Counted from the first letter of the stretch, positions 24,019 to 32,293 are shown. The stretch is 41,827 nt of DNA from Candidatus Bathyarchaeota archaeon (GCA_028275385.1 JAPWUR010000002.1:1-41827), one strand, 5' to 3'. The notes: generated from the letters alone by a model not told the origin. Made by a program: numbers and translations.

Positions 24019-24453
24019 TCACCCGCTGAGGAAGCCTATCTTCCTGAGGAGCCTCGCGGCGGTCTTGGTCAATTCCCCAGGCTTGATCTCGTCCCTCTTG
24101 AACCACCTCGCCTCTTCCGCGTCCCCCGATGCCGCCGGGGATCCCCCGAGGGGCTCGGCCAGGAAATCCACGAGGACGTAATGGAACCTCACCCTGCCCT
24201 CCTCATCCCTCACTATGTTATCCACCACGTCCAAGAGCTCCCCCACCTCGACCTCCATCCCTGTCTCCTCCAATATCTCGCGCTTCACCGCGTCCCTCAA
24301 CCGCTCCCCGAGCTCCACCAAGCCCCCGGGTATGGACCAAAGGCCCTTCCCGGGCTCGTGCTTCCGCTTGACCAGGAGCACCTCCCCATCCCTGAGCACC
24401 ACCGCGCCGACCCCGACCATCGGGGCCCTCGGATATTCCCTGCCGGAGGCCAT
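24019..24453 (-). CDS. Nudix hydrolase
   Basis: Nudix box GGLVELGERLRDAVKREILEETG. 144 aa. Confidence 0.9.
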   Translation of the reverse strand: MASGREYPRAPMVGVGAVVLRDGEVLLVKRKHEPGKGLWSIPGGLVELGERLRDAVKREILEETGMEVEVGELLDVVDNIVRDEEGRVRFHYVLVDFLAEPLGGSPAASGDAEEARWFKRDEIKPGELTKTAARLLRKIGFLSG

Positions 24454-24477
24454 CGCGCCATTCCGCCGCTGGAATCG

Positions 24478-24485
24478 TTAATTAA
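24478..24485 (-). promoter_or_regulatory. TATA-like box for the nudix-clp1 operon
   Basis: Palindromic ttaattaa, 25-32 nt upstream of the start at 24453. Confidence 0.5.
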
Positions 24486-24507
24486 CCCGATCCCAAATCC
24501 GAGGGGG

Positions 24508-24518
24508 AATATAAAATA
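24508..24518 (+). promoter_or_regulatory. TATA-like box for radB
   Basis: aatataaaata, 18-28 nt upstream of TTG 24536. Confidence 0.4.
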
Positions 24519-24535
24519 GAAGCGATGCGCGGGGG

Positions 24536-25228
24536 TTGATCGAGGTCCGAAGGATAAGCACCGGATGCGGCGCCCTGGACGCCCTAATGGGAGGTGGCTA
24601 TCCGATCGGGCACTTGAGCCTAATATACGGCGAGGCGTCGAGCGGAAAGACCACCTTGGCCCTGATGGCTAGCGCGGAGCGGGCGAGGGCCGGGCTCAAG
24701 GTCCTATACGTGGATTCGGATGGGCGCTTCCCATGCGAGAGGTTCCTCAAGATCGCCGGGGACCCGGATTGCCTCGATATGCTCCTGCTATCGTCCCCAT
24801 CAAGCTTCTGGGATCAGAATAGGCTGATATTGGGGTTGGGGGCCTTCCTAATGCCGAGCGCCGGCCTCGTGGTAGTCGATTCGATAACGTCATTATATAG
24901 GTTGGCCGTCGGATCCGGCGATGATGCCGTGGCGCTGAGCAAGGGCCTATCGAAGCAGCTGGCGTACCTGAGGTGCCTATCCAGGGATAGGGGCCTGCCG
25001 ATCCTGATAACCTCCCAGGTCAGGTGGTCGGGCGGGGATTCCGTGGAGCCGGTCGCGAAGAGGATATTGGAATATTGGTCCGACGCCATCATAAGCCTCA
25101 GGAGGGCCCGGGACGGGCTCAGGGAGGTCTCCATACTCAGGAACCCGGGCTCGGGGGGCTTGGGGAGGGGCCTCTTCCTAATGGGGGATAGGGGATTGGC
25201 CGAGCCCCGCGGCCCGATCCCTTTTTAG
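24536..25228 (+). CDS. radB: RadB recombinase paralog
   Basis: STGCGALDALMGGGYPIGHLSLIYGEASSGKTTLAL (RecA/RadA-type Walker A) in a short 230-aa protein, which fits RadB. TTG start. Confidence 0.85.
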   Translation: MIEVRRISTGCGALDALMGGGYPIGHLSLIYGEASSGKTTLALMASAERARAGLKVLYVDSDGRFPCERFLKIAGDPDCLDMLLLSSPSSFWDQNRLILGLGAFLMPSAGLVVVDSITSLYRLAVGSGDDAVALSKGLSKQLAYLRCLSRDRGLPILITSQVRWSGGDSVEPVAKRILEYWSDAIISLRRARDGLREVSILRNPGSGGLGRGLFLMGDRGLAEPRGPIPF

Positions 25229-25254
25229 GCGGATGGACGCCTCATAGGGCCGGC

Positions 25255-25761
25255 ATGGCCGCGCTGATAGGCTATGAGGAGGCCCTATGGGCCCTTTACT
25301 TCATCATACCCGCATATTCCTCCAACTCCCTCCCGACGATCTTCAAGGGGGGCCCGCCGATAGATGGCGGGAGGCTCTTCATAGATGGGAGGAGGGTCTT
25401 CGGCCCGACCAAGACCGTCAGGGGGTTCCTGGGGGGCCTCATAGGGGGCTCGCTCTTCGGCCTCCTTGAATCGGCCCTCCTGGGGTGGGGGCTGTTCCCG
25501 TTCGCCCTGCTCGTCTCGGCCGGGGCGCTATTGGGGGACCTATTCGGATCCTTCGTGAAGAGGCGCTTGGGCCTACCGCCCGGCTTCCCGGCGCCGCTCC
25601 TGGATCAATTGGATTTCGTCCTGGGGGGATTGGCCCTCTCCTGCCCGCTCTACGGGCTCCCGCTGGGCTCCATAGCCATATTATTGGCCATAACCCCACC
25701 CATCCACCTCGCGGCCAATTACCTGGCCCATAGGGCTGGGCTCAAGGATCGGCCCTGGTGA
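25255..25761 (+). CDS. carS: CDP-archaeol synthase (CarS, DUF46 family)
   Basis: Polytopic membrane protein of 168 aa. PIDGG...FGPTKTVRGFLGG and GDLFGSFVKRRLG...LDQLDF are CarS-like motifs. Confidence 0.8.
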   Translation: MAALIGYEEALWALYFIIPAYSSNSLPTIFKGGPPIDGGRLFIDGRRVFGPTKTVRGFLGGLIGGSLFGLLESALLGWGLFPFALLVSAGALLGDLFGSFVKRRLGLPPGFPAPLLDQLDFVLGGLALSCPLYGLPLGSIAILLAITPPIHLAANYLAHRAGLKDRPW

Positions 25762-25770
25762 TCGATCGGC

Positions 25771-26196
25771 TCATCCGACCTTTTGGTTGAGGAGGGAGAG
25801 GGAGTAGAAGACGGCGAGGAGGACCAAGGAGAACCCTACGATCAAGTTCAGGTAGGCCTCCCTCGGCCTATAGACGAGCCTGGTGCTCTTATGGAGCAGG
25901 TAGAGGCCCGCGAACCCGAGGATATAGAGGATGGCGGCGACTAGGCTCTCGTTCAGGGTTTGGGCGTTTATGCTCCCGGGGTAGATGAACGACCAACGCC
26001 CCTCCCCGATGGATACCATGGCGAAGGGCCTCTCCAGGAGGTTGTATATCCCGCCCATCAGGGCGAATACGCTGAAGGCCACCGTGGCCACCAGGAGCAG
26101 CGCGGATATCGATTTGAACGGGGCGGCGGCCCTCGGCTCGAATCGCTTGGCGGCCACCCTCATCCTCCATAGGGCCTTCGATATCCTCCTCGACAT
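25771..26196 (-). CDS. small polytopic membrane protein, OSTC/DC2 (OST3/OST6-superfamily)-like by eye
   Basis: 141 aa with 3 predicted TM helices. MGGIYNLLERP, INAQTLNESLVAAILYILGFAGLYLLHKS and LIVGFSLVLLAVF align in order with my recollection of human OSTC. Confidence 0.55.
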   Translation of the reverse strand: MSRRISKALWRMRVAAKRFEPRAAAPFKSISALLLVATVAFSVFALMGGIYNLLERPFAMVSIGEGRWSFIYPGSINAQTLNESLVAAILYILGFAGLYLLHKSTRLVYRPREAYLNLIVGFSLVLLAVFYSLSLLNQKVG

Positions 26197-26226
26197 GCCC
26201 GATCGCCGATTTGGGGGGCCCCCGAG

Positions 26227-26240
26227 AAATATTTAACTAT
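26227..26240. promoter_or_regulatory. shared AT-rich promoter patch between divergent genes
   Basis: aaatatttaactat lies between the OSTC-like gene (start 26196, minus) and the zinc-ribbon gene (GTG 26279, plus). Spacing is about 35-40 nt to each. Confidence 0.4.
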
Positions 26241-26278
26241 TGTCTCCCCCATTTGGAACCCATCCGAAACGGCCCGCG

Positions 26279-26449
26279 GTGATCCTGTTGCCGCAAAGGA
26301 TAATTTGCAAGAGGTGCGGGAGCAGCCTTTACGAGGGGATCGAGCTCGAATCCCCGGCGGATGTGATACAGCGCTACAACGGCATTTGCCCGAATTGCGG
26401 CAACAAGCTCGAGTTCAATTACGAGAACATAAGGATAATCCCGAAGTGA
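26279..26449 (+). CDS. small zinc-ribbon protein
   Basis: CKRCG...CPNCG. The track ORF starts at TTG 26240, which lies inside the TATA-like patch 26227-26240. The in-frame GTG 26279 is preferred. Confidence 0.45.
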   Translation: MILLPQRIICKRCGSSLYEGIELESPADVIQRYNGICPNCGNKLEFNYENIRIIPK

Positions 26450-26489
26450 TCGCCATGGGCCGGCCGGCGCCGATCCGGGCGATGGGCCC

Positions 26490-27665
26490 TTGTTGAGGAG
26501 GACCGCCGTATACGAATATCACAGGGAGTTCGGCAGGTTAACGGAGTTCTCCGGGTTCGAGATGCCGCTTTGGTATAGCGGCATAATCTCAGAGTGCCTG
26601 GCCGTCAGATCCGCCGTCGGGCTATTCGACGTCTCCCACATGGGCAGGATATTGATAAGGGGGAGGGATGCCGAGGCCTTCCTGAATCGGGTCACCACGA
26701 ACGACGTTCAAGCGCTCAAGCCCTCCAAGTCCCATTACTCCCTGCTCTGCAATCCCAACGGAGGGATAAAGGACGACGTGATCCTCTACAAGCTCGATTC
26801 GGATCGCTTCATGATGATCGTGAACGCGGCGAATAGGGAGAAGGATCTATCGTGGTTATTGGAGAATTCGAAGGGGTTCGATGTCTCCATCTCGGATATC
26901 TCGGAGGGGGTGGCCCTCTTCGCGGTGCAGGGGCCCAGGGCGCGGGAGGCCCTCCAAAGGATAGCGCAGGGCCCGGACCTGCGCGGGATCCCCAGGTTCT
27001 GCTTCGTGAGGGCGGAGATAGGGGGACTGGGCTGCCTTATCTCCGCGACGGGCTATACGGGGGAGGACGGCTTGGAGGTCTTCGTCCCGAGCTCGGAGCG
27101 CGGTCCGAGCGCGTTGGAGATATGGAGGGGGATCCTCAACGCGGGGTCCGAGTTCGGGATCAAGCCCTGCGGCCTCGGCTCAAGGGACGTCCTGAGGCTC
27201 GAGGCGGGCCTGTGCCTATATGGCAACGATATAGACGAGGGGACGAACCCCCTGGAGGCCGGTCTGGCGTTCGCGGTCAAGATGGGGAAGGGGGACTTCA
27301 TCGGGAGGGCGGCCCTGGAGGCCATATCCAGGGATGGGCCCAGGAGGGCCAGGGTCGGCATAGTGCTGGAGGACGAGGGGATCCCGAGGCGCGGGTTCGA
27401 GATCCTCAGGGGCGGGGAGCGGATAGGCGAGGTGACCAGCGGGACCTATTCCCCGATCCTGAAGAGGGGCATAGCCATGGGATACGTTGGGGCGGGCTCG
27501 GCCGCGATAGGGGACCCCATCGAGGTCTCCATAAGGGGGAGGCGCGCGAGGGGCTCGATCTCGGGATTCCCATTGGTCAAATGCTATTGGGGCTCCGAGG
27601 CCGCCAGGAGGGACGAGGAGGCGAGGAGGGCGGGCTTCGCATATAGGGGCGTGGCGTTCCCATAG
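26490..27665 (+). CDS. gcvT: glycine cleavage system aminomethyltransferase (T protein)
   Basis: GLFDVSHMG, NGGIKDDVILYK, ATGYTGEDGLE, RDVLRLEAGL motifs. TTG start. Confidence 0.9.
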   Translation: MLRRTAVYEYHREFGRLTEFSGFEMPLWYSGIISECLAVRSAVGLFDVSHMGRILIRGRDAEAFLNRVTTNDVQALKPSKSHYSLLCNPNGGIKDDVILYKLDSDRFMMIVNAANREKDLSWLLENSKGFDVSISDISEGVALFAVQGPRAREALQRIAQGPDLRGIPRFCFVRAEIGGLGCLISATGYTGEDGLEVFVPSSERGPSALEIWRGILNAGSEFGIKPCGLGSRDVLRLEAGLCLYGNDIDEGTNPLEAGLAFAVKMGKGDFIGRAALEAISRDGPRRARVGIVLEDEGIPRRGFEILRGGERIGEVTSGTYSPILKRGIAMGYVGAGSAAIGDPIEVSIRGRRARGSISGFPLVKCYWGSEAARRDEEARRAGFAYRGVAFP

Positions 27666-27686
27666 GGGATCGGGCGGGGCTAATTA

Positions 27687-28079
27687 ATGAGGATAGAGAC
27701 GACCTCGAGGCTATCCCAATTCCGGAGGTTCGTGATAACGAGCACTTGCCAATCCTTCATACCGGAGGAATACTTGCGCGACGAGAGCGTTTTCCCGGAG
27801 AGGCCTCAGAAGGAGGGCAGGATCTACGTCGAGGCCGGGGACAAGGTCCTCTTGGGGAGGATAGGGGAGATGGAGTTCGTGAGGGCCACTAATGTCCTCG
27901 GGGTGATCTACAATTCGAAGAGCGGGAGGACTAGCCTCAGGTGGAGGCAGATAAGGGGGGACCTCGGCAAGGTCACGGGGGAGGCCAGCGCCAACTCCCT
28001 CGTGAACCTATACGCCTCAGGGGTCCTGGGGCGGGATTTCCTGGAATCCCTTAAGGCATCGGGCGGGAAGGAAGCTTAA
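27687..28079 (+). CDS. hypothetical protein (130 aa)
   Basis: Starts 21 nt after gcvT, with host-like codon use. No family recognised. Confidence 0.45.
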   Translation: MRIETTSRLSQFRRFVITSTCQSFIPEEYLRDESVFPERPQKEGRIYVEAGDKVLLGRIGEMEFVRATNVLGVIYNSKSGRTSLRWRQIRGDLGKVTGEASANSLVNLYASGVLGRDFLESLKASGGKEA

Positions 28080-28127
28080 TAACCAGGCCCCGGCGAATCT
28101 CGGGATCGCCGCCGATGGCGGCTCGGC

Positions 28128-28246
28128 GCCGGGGTGGCAGAGCGGCAAACCCACTTGGTGCCATTGCGCCGGACTCGAGATCTGCCCGCGAGGGATCCGG
28201 TTCTCCCTTTGGGAGAGCAGGGGTTCAAGTCCCCTCCCCGGCGCCA
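28128..28246 (+). tRNA. tRNA-Ser (anticodon CGA) with two introns (D-loop and anticodon loop), CCA encoded
   Basis: Acceptor GCCGGGG/CCCCGGC. D stem GCA/TGC encloses a 25-nt D loop, against 11 nt in tRNA-Ser(UGA). Anticodon stem CCGGA/TCCGG with loop CTCGAG + 15-nt insert + A. Long variable arm CTCCC-TTT-GGGAG, T arm AGGGG-TTCAAGT-CCCCT. Confidence 0.75.
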
Positions 28247-28256
28247 CATCGGGGGT

Positions 28257-29231
28257 TCACCTGGAGGACGCGAGATCGGCCATGTCCACGCTGATCTCGC
28301 ACATCCTAGTCAGCGAGCTCAGGAGCCCGAAGATCGCATCCGCCCTAGCCGGCCCCCCGAGGAGCGATCTCCCCAGCCGGATCAACTCCCCTTCCATCTC
28401 CGGCCTCGAGCGATGTATCCTCGACGCCGATTCGAGATCCCCTGAGAGGACCGCCTCGAAGGCGCCCTTGAACGCCTCCTGGATCATCCGCCCCACCTTG
28501 GCCATGAGCTCGGCCTGCTCGCCGCTTAATCTGAGGGCCGGATCCGATCTCGCGCGCTCGGCTATGGCGACGGCGCAATCGGCCACCGCCTCTATATAGG
28601 TGGCCAATAGCCTATAATCCATGCAATCCCTCGGGCTCGGGAGGTCCGGCCTCCGGGGCCTATGGCCCGATATGCTCGCCCTGAGCGCCCTAACCAAGAG
28701 GAAGTAGAGCCTATCGACCTCCTCGTCCCTTTCGATCACCGTCGATGCCAACTCCTCATCGCCCTCCACGAGCGATTTGAAGGAGTCCGCGAGCATCGAT
28801 GAAGCTATCGAATGGATCCGCCTGAGGATCTTATCCGGCTTCAATAGGTCCGGCTCTATAACGCATTGTATGACTATGTTCCTGGAATCCTCCTCCAATA
28901 TCTCCATTCCTATGAGCGTCTTCAGCGCCGCCTTTATCCTCTCCCTGGATTTTGAATCTATGACGGAGTCGGACCTTATGCGTATGAGCTCGTACCCGGA
29001 TAGGTATTTCTCCCCTATCTCCCTCTCGAGCAGGGGGGACGGCGCGATAACCGCCTCGCGCGGCGCCCCCGGGGGCTCCTCCCCCTTCCATGGCTCGATG
29101 GATAAGCGATCCCCCTCCTTAAGGATCCTCACGGGGGAGCCCTTCGAAAGCCCCAGCTCGGAGGCCCAATCCTTCGGTATGGTTATGAAGAAGGTCCCAT
29201 CCGAGGTCCTCTGTATCCTCCTGAGCTCCAT
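28257..29231 (-). CDS. phoU: AbrB/SpoVT-PhoU fusion regulator (archaeal PhoU-type)
   Basis: MELRRIQRTSDGTFFITIPKDWASELGL is an AbrB-type N-terminus, followed by PhoU-like helical repeats. The track start 29288 sits inside the TATA-like patch. Met20 (29231) is preferred and Met12 (29255) is possible. Confidence 0.75.
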   Translation of the reverse strand: MELRRIQRTSDGTFFITIPKDWASELGLSKGSPVRILKEGDRLSIEPWKGEEPPGAPREAVIAPSPLLEREIGEKYLSGYELIRIRSDSVIDSKSRERIKAALKTLIGMEILEEDSRNIVIQCVIEPDLLKPDKILRRIHSIASSMLADSFKSLVEGDEELASTVIERDEEVDRLYFLLVRALRASISGHRPRRPDLPSPRDCMDYRLLATYIEAVADCAVAIAERARSDPALRLSGEQAELMAKVGRMIQEAFKGAFEAVLSGDLESASRIHRSRPEMEGELIRLGRSLLGGPARADAIFGLLSSLTRMCEISVDMADLASSR

Positions 29232-29285
29232 CGAGGCCCCGGGGCCCAATCCCATGCCCAAAAGATAACGCTTGCCCCGGGCGCT

Positions 29286-29295
29286 CATTTATATT
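29286..29295. promoter_or_regulatory. shared TATA-like patch between the phoU-type gene and the PolD small subunit gene
   Basis: catttatatt is the only AT-rich element in the divergent intergenic region. Confidence 0.4.
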
Positions 29296-30853
29296 GGCCC
29301 ATGGCCCCCCATCCGCTTGGTCGAGCGGGTTGTCGGACCCGGATGGGCTCAGGAGGGCGATATCCAAGGCCCTAATGGCCGGCCTTCAAATAGATGCCGA
29401 GGCCATGGAGGCCCTTAGGGCCCTCGGGCCAGCCGATGCCGAGATCGCGATGGATGCGATCATATCCGAGGCGAGGGCATCCGGGGATTTCGTCATAAGG
29501 CCCGAGGCCGTTCGGAGGATCCTCTCCCGCGCGGCCGCGCCCGGCCCGGGCGAGGCGGCGGCCCGGACCGGGAAGGCCGCATTGCCCCATCCGGCGAGGG
29601 ATTACGAAGCGGACATTAGGATCGTTAAGGGCTTGGAGGCGGCCCAGCCGCTCGGGGGCGGGCCCGAGGATTTCTCCTCGCTCTTCAGATCCAGGTTCGA
29701 TGCCCTCTCCAGGATCCTGAGGAAGAGGGTGGACGCGAGGGACGCCACCGGGATCCCGGAGGCCCTGGAGGCCAGGAGGGGCGATCCGGTGAAGTTCATA
29801 GCCATGGTCTACGAGAAGGCCGAGAGGGAGAGGGGCCTGATCCTATCGGTCGAGGACCCCGAGGCGAGCGCCGCGGTGCTCGCCCCTAGGGATAGGAGGG
29901 AGCTCTTCGAGCTCTCGATGGCGATCCCCCTCGACCAGGTGATCTGCGTCTCCGGGAGGCGGGGGCCCGGGGACCTTTTCATAGCGGAGGAGATCCTCCT
30001 CCCCGATGTGCCTGATAGGAGGGCCGAGCCCCCGGGGATCCCCCTAAACGCGGTCTTGCTATCCGACCTCCACATCGGGAGCAAGACCTTCATGGAGGGC
30101 GCGTTCAAGAGGTTCCTGGCCTGGCTCAGGGGCGACCTCGGCGGGGGGGATTTGAGGGCCCTCGCCAGGGCCGTGAAATACGTCCTGATAGCCGGGGATA
30201 TCGTGGACGGCGTTGGCGTATATCCCGACCAAGAGGCGGATTTGGCGATAGCGGACCTTTATAAGCAATACGAGAGGGCCGCCGAGCTGCTATCGGGGAT
30301 CCCGGATTACGTGGAGCTCGTCATCATACCCGGGAACCACGATCCGGTGAGGCAGGCGCTCCCCCAACCGCCGATCCCGGAGGATTACGCCGAGCCCCTC
30401 CTCGAGGCCAGGCCGGTCGTGAGCCTCGGGAACCCGGCCGAGCTCTCCATCCATGGGTTGAGCTTCCTCATCTACCACGGCAGGAGCTTGGACGACCTGG
30501 CGGCATCGGCGCCCGGCCCGGGTGGGAGGAGGCCGGAGGCCGGCATGGAGCTATTGCTCAGGTGCAGGCACCTCTCCCCCCAATACGGCAGCAAGACGCC
30601 GATCGCGCCGATCAGGGACGATGCGCTGGTCATAGAGAACCCCCCGGACGTATTCCAAGCGGGCCACGTCCACGTATTCGGGCTCAAGGCCTATAGGGGG
30701 ACCAAGCTCGTCAATTGCGGGGCTTGGCAATCGCAAACGGAATATCAAAGGCGGATGGGCTTGGTGCCGACCCCTTGCATAGCCCCCGTATTCAGCTTCC
30801 TGGATTTGAGCGTACGAAGGGTGGATTTCGCGTCGGAGGCCTTGGCCGTTTGA
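29294..30853 (+). CDS. DNA polymerase II (PolD) small subunit DP1
   Basis: Calcineurin-like phosphoesterase motifs LLSDLHIGS, IAGDIVDG, IPGNHD, GHVH, with an OB-like middle region. The track TTG 29294 overlaps the TATA-like patch, so the start may be TTG 29330. Confidence 0.85.
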   Translation: MAHGPPSAWSSGLSDPDGLRRAISKALMAGLQIDAEAMEALRALGPADAEIAMDAIISEARASGDFVIRPEAVRRILSRAAAPGPGEAAARTGKAALPHPARDYEADIRIVKGLEAAQPLGGGPEDFSSLFRSRFDALSRILRKRVDARDATGIPEALEARRGDPVKFIAMVYEKAERERGLILSVEDPEASAAVLAPRDRRELFELSMAIPLDQVICVSGRRGPGDLFIAEEILLPDVPDRRAEPPGIPLNAVLLSDLHIGSKTFMEGAFKRFLAWLRGDLGGGDLRALARAVKYVLIAGDIVDGVGVYPDQEADLAIADLYKQYERAAELLSGIPDYVELVIIPGNHDPVRQALPQPPIPEDYAEPLLEARPVVSLGNPAELSIHGLSFLIYHGRSLDDLAASAPGPGGRRPEAGMELLLRCRHLSPQYGSKTPIAPIRDDALVIENPPDVFQAGHVHVFGLKAYRGTKLVNCGAWQSQTEYQRRMGLVPTPCIAPVFSFLDLSVRRVDFASEALAV

Positions 30854-30888
30854 GCCCGATCCACTTTTAATCAAAAATGAGTAGAAAC

Positions 30889-30900
30889 CTATAAATAATA
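30889..30900 (+). promoter_or_regulatory. TATA-like box for the permease gene
   Basis: ctataaataata, 29-38 nt upstream of ATG 30929. Confidence 0.5.
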
Positions 30901-30928
30901 GTGGGGATCCCCCGCCCCGGGATCCGGA

Positions 30929-32293
30929 ATGGGCGGCGGAGGGGAGGGCGGGCTCAGGAGGGGTGCGCTCGGCGCCAGGGAGAGCCTCCTAATATGCGTG
31001 GGGGGCATGATCGGCATAGCCATATTCACGCTCCCGTCCACGACCTTCGCCCTCTGCGGCCCCTCCGCCGTCCTGGCGTGGGCCCTGGCGGGCGCCCTGA
31101 TGCTCATAATGGGATTGAACCTCGCCGAGCTCGCCTCGGCCTTCCCGAGGGCCGGCGGGATAGCCATGTACCCCAAGGAGGCGCTGGGCAGCACCGGGGC
31201 CTTGGGGGATTTACTCGGCTTCATCTCCGGGTGGATCTACTGGTTCACGTTCGGGGTCCTCGCCAATGTCATAGGGGCCCTCTTCGTGGGGCGGTACGTC
31301 TCCATGCTCCTCCCGTCGATGGCGCCGGATCCGGCGGCGATGGCCCTAGCCGCCCTGGCGCTCGTTTTCGCGCTTAACCTATTGGGCGTGAGGGTCGCGG
31401 GCATCGCCAACGCCGTATTGACGGCCGCCTTGGTGGCCATAATGATCCTATACTCGGCGCTCGCCCTCCCGAGGATCGACCCCGGCCTCCTCGAGCCATT
31501 CCTCTCCGGCCAGCTCGGCCCCAGGGGATTCCTCATCAGCATAACGGTTGCTTGGCTGGGCTATACGGCCTGGATGGCGATAACCTCGGTGGCGGAGGAG
31601 GTGAGGGATCCCCAAAGGACCATACCGAGGGCCATATCGGCATCGATATCGATCGTCGCCGCCCTCTACCTATGCGCCCTCCTGGCCACGGCCGGCAACG
31701 CCCGATGGGAGGAGCTCTCGATGGGCAACCCCGAGGGCTATTATGCGCCGTTCGCCCTCGTCGCCGCGCGCCTCGGCCTGAATTGGCTCAAGGGGCCGAT
31801 CTACCTCGCGGGCCTATTGGCCATATTGACGACCATGCTGGTCCTCCTCATGGACGGCAGCAGGGTCCTTTATGCGATGGGCAAAGGGGGGGCCTTGCCG
31901 AGGGCCCTCGCCGCGACGAGCCGCAGGTTCGGGACCCCATGGGCCTCCCTGGCGCTCCTATCGGCGGCGTCCGCCATCCTCTTGGCCCAGCCCCCATCGC
32001 TCGTATATTATTTGATCCAAATGGGCGGGGCCAATTTCGGGATCGTGATGGCGATAAATTGCGCATGCGCCCTTCGCCTGAAGCTATCCCCGGGGAGGCG
32101 GGGATGCGGCCCCGGATATAGGGCGCCCGGGGGGCCCGCCCTGCCGATCCTCGCGATAGCCATCGCGGCCCTGGCGATGAGCCAATACGATATCGAGGTC
32201 TACAGGCTCGCCCTATGTTGGATCGGGATCGGGGCGCTGATCTACGCCGCGAGGAGGTGCCTCGATCGAGGGGCGACTGGGGGCCGAGGGTGA
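30929..32293 (+). CDS. APC-family amino acid permease
   Basis: 454 aa with about 12 hydrophobic segments. N-terminal VGGMIGIAIFTLPS-type signature. A TATA box lies about 30-38 nt upstream. Confidence 0.8.
   Translation: MGGGGEGGLRRGALGARESLLICVGGMIGIAIFTLPSTTFALCGPSAVLAWALAGALMLIMGLNLAELASAFPRAGGIAMYPKEALGSTGALGDLLGFISGWIYWFTFGVLANVIGALFVGRYVSMLLPSMAPDPAAMALAALALVFALNLLGVRVAGIANAVLTAALVAIMILYSALALPRIDPGLLEPFLSGQLGPRGFLISITVAWLGYTAWMAITSVAEEVRDPQRTIPRAISASISIVAALYLCALLATAGNARWEELSMGNPEGYYAPFALVAARLGLNWLKGPIYLAGLLAILTTMLVLLMDGSRVLYAMGKGGALPRALAATSRRFGTPWASLALLSAASAILLAQPPSLVYYLIQMGGANFGIVMAINCACALRLKLSPGRRGCGPGYRAPGGPALPILAIAIAALAMSQYDIEVYRLALCWIGIGALIYAARRCLDRGATGGRG

Noticed and set aside
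24454-30853. Replication origin near radB and the PolD small-subunit gene, as in the Pyrococcus-type replication island.
   Set aside because: There is no orc1/cdc6 gene in the window. I saw no ORB-like inverted repeats (TTCCAGTGGAAA-type). The intergenic spaces are short and are explained by promoters.
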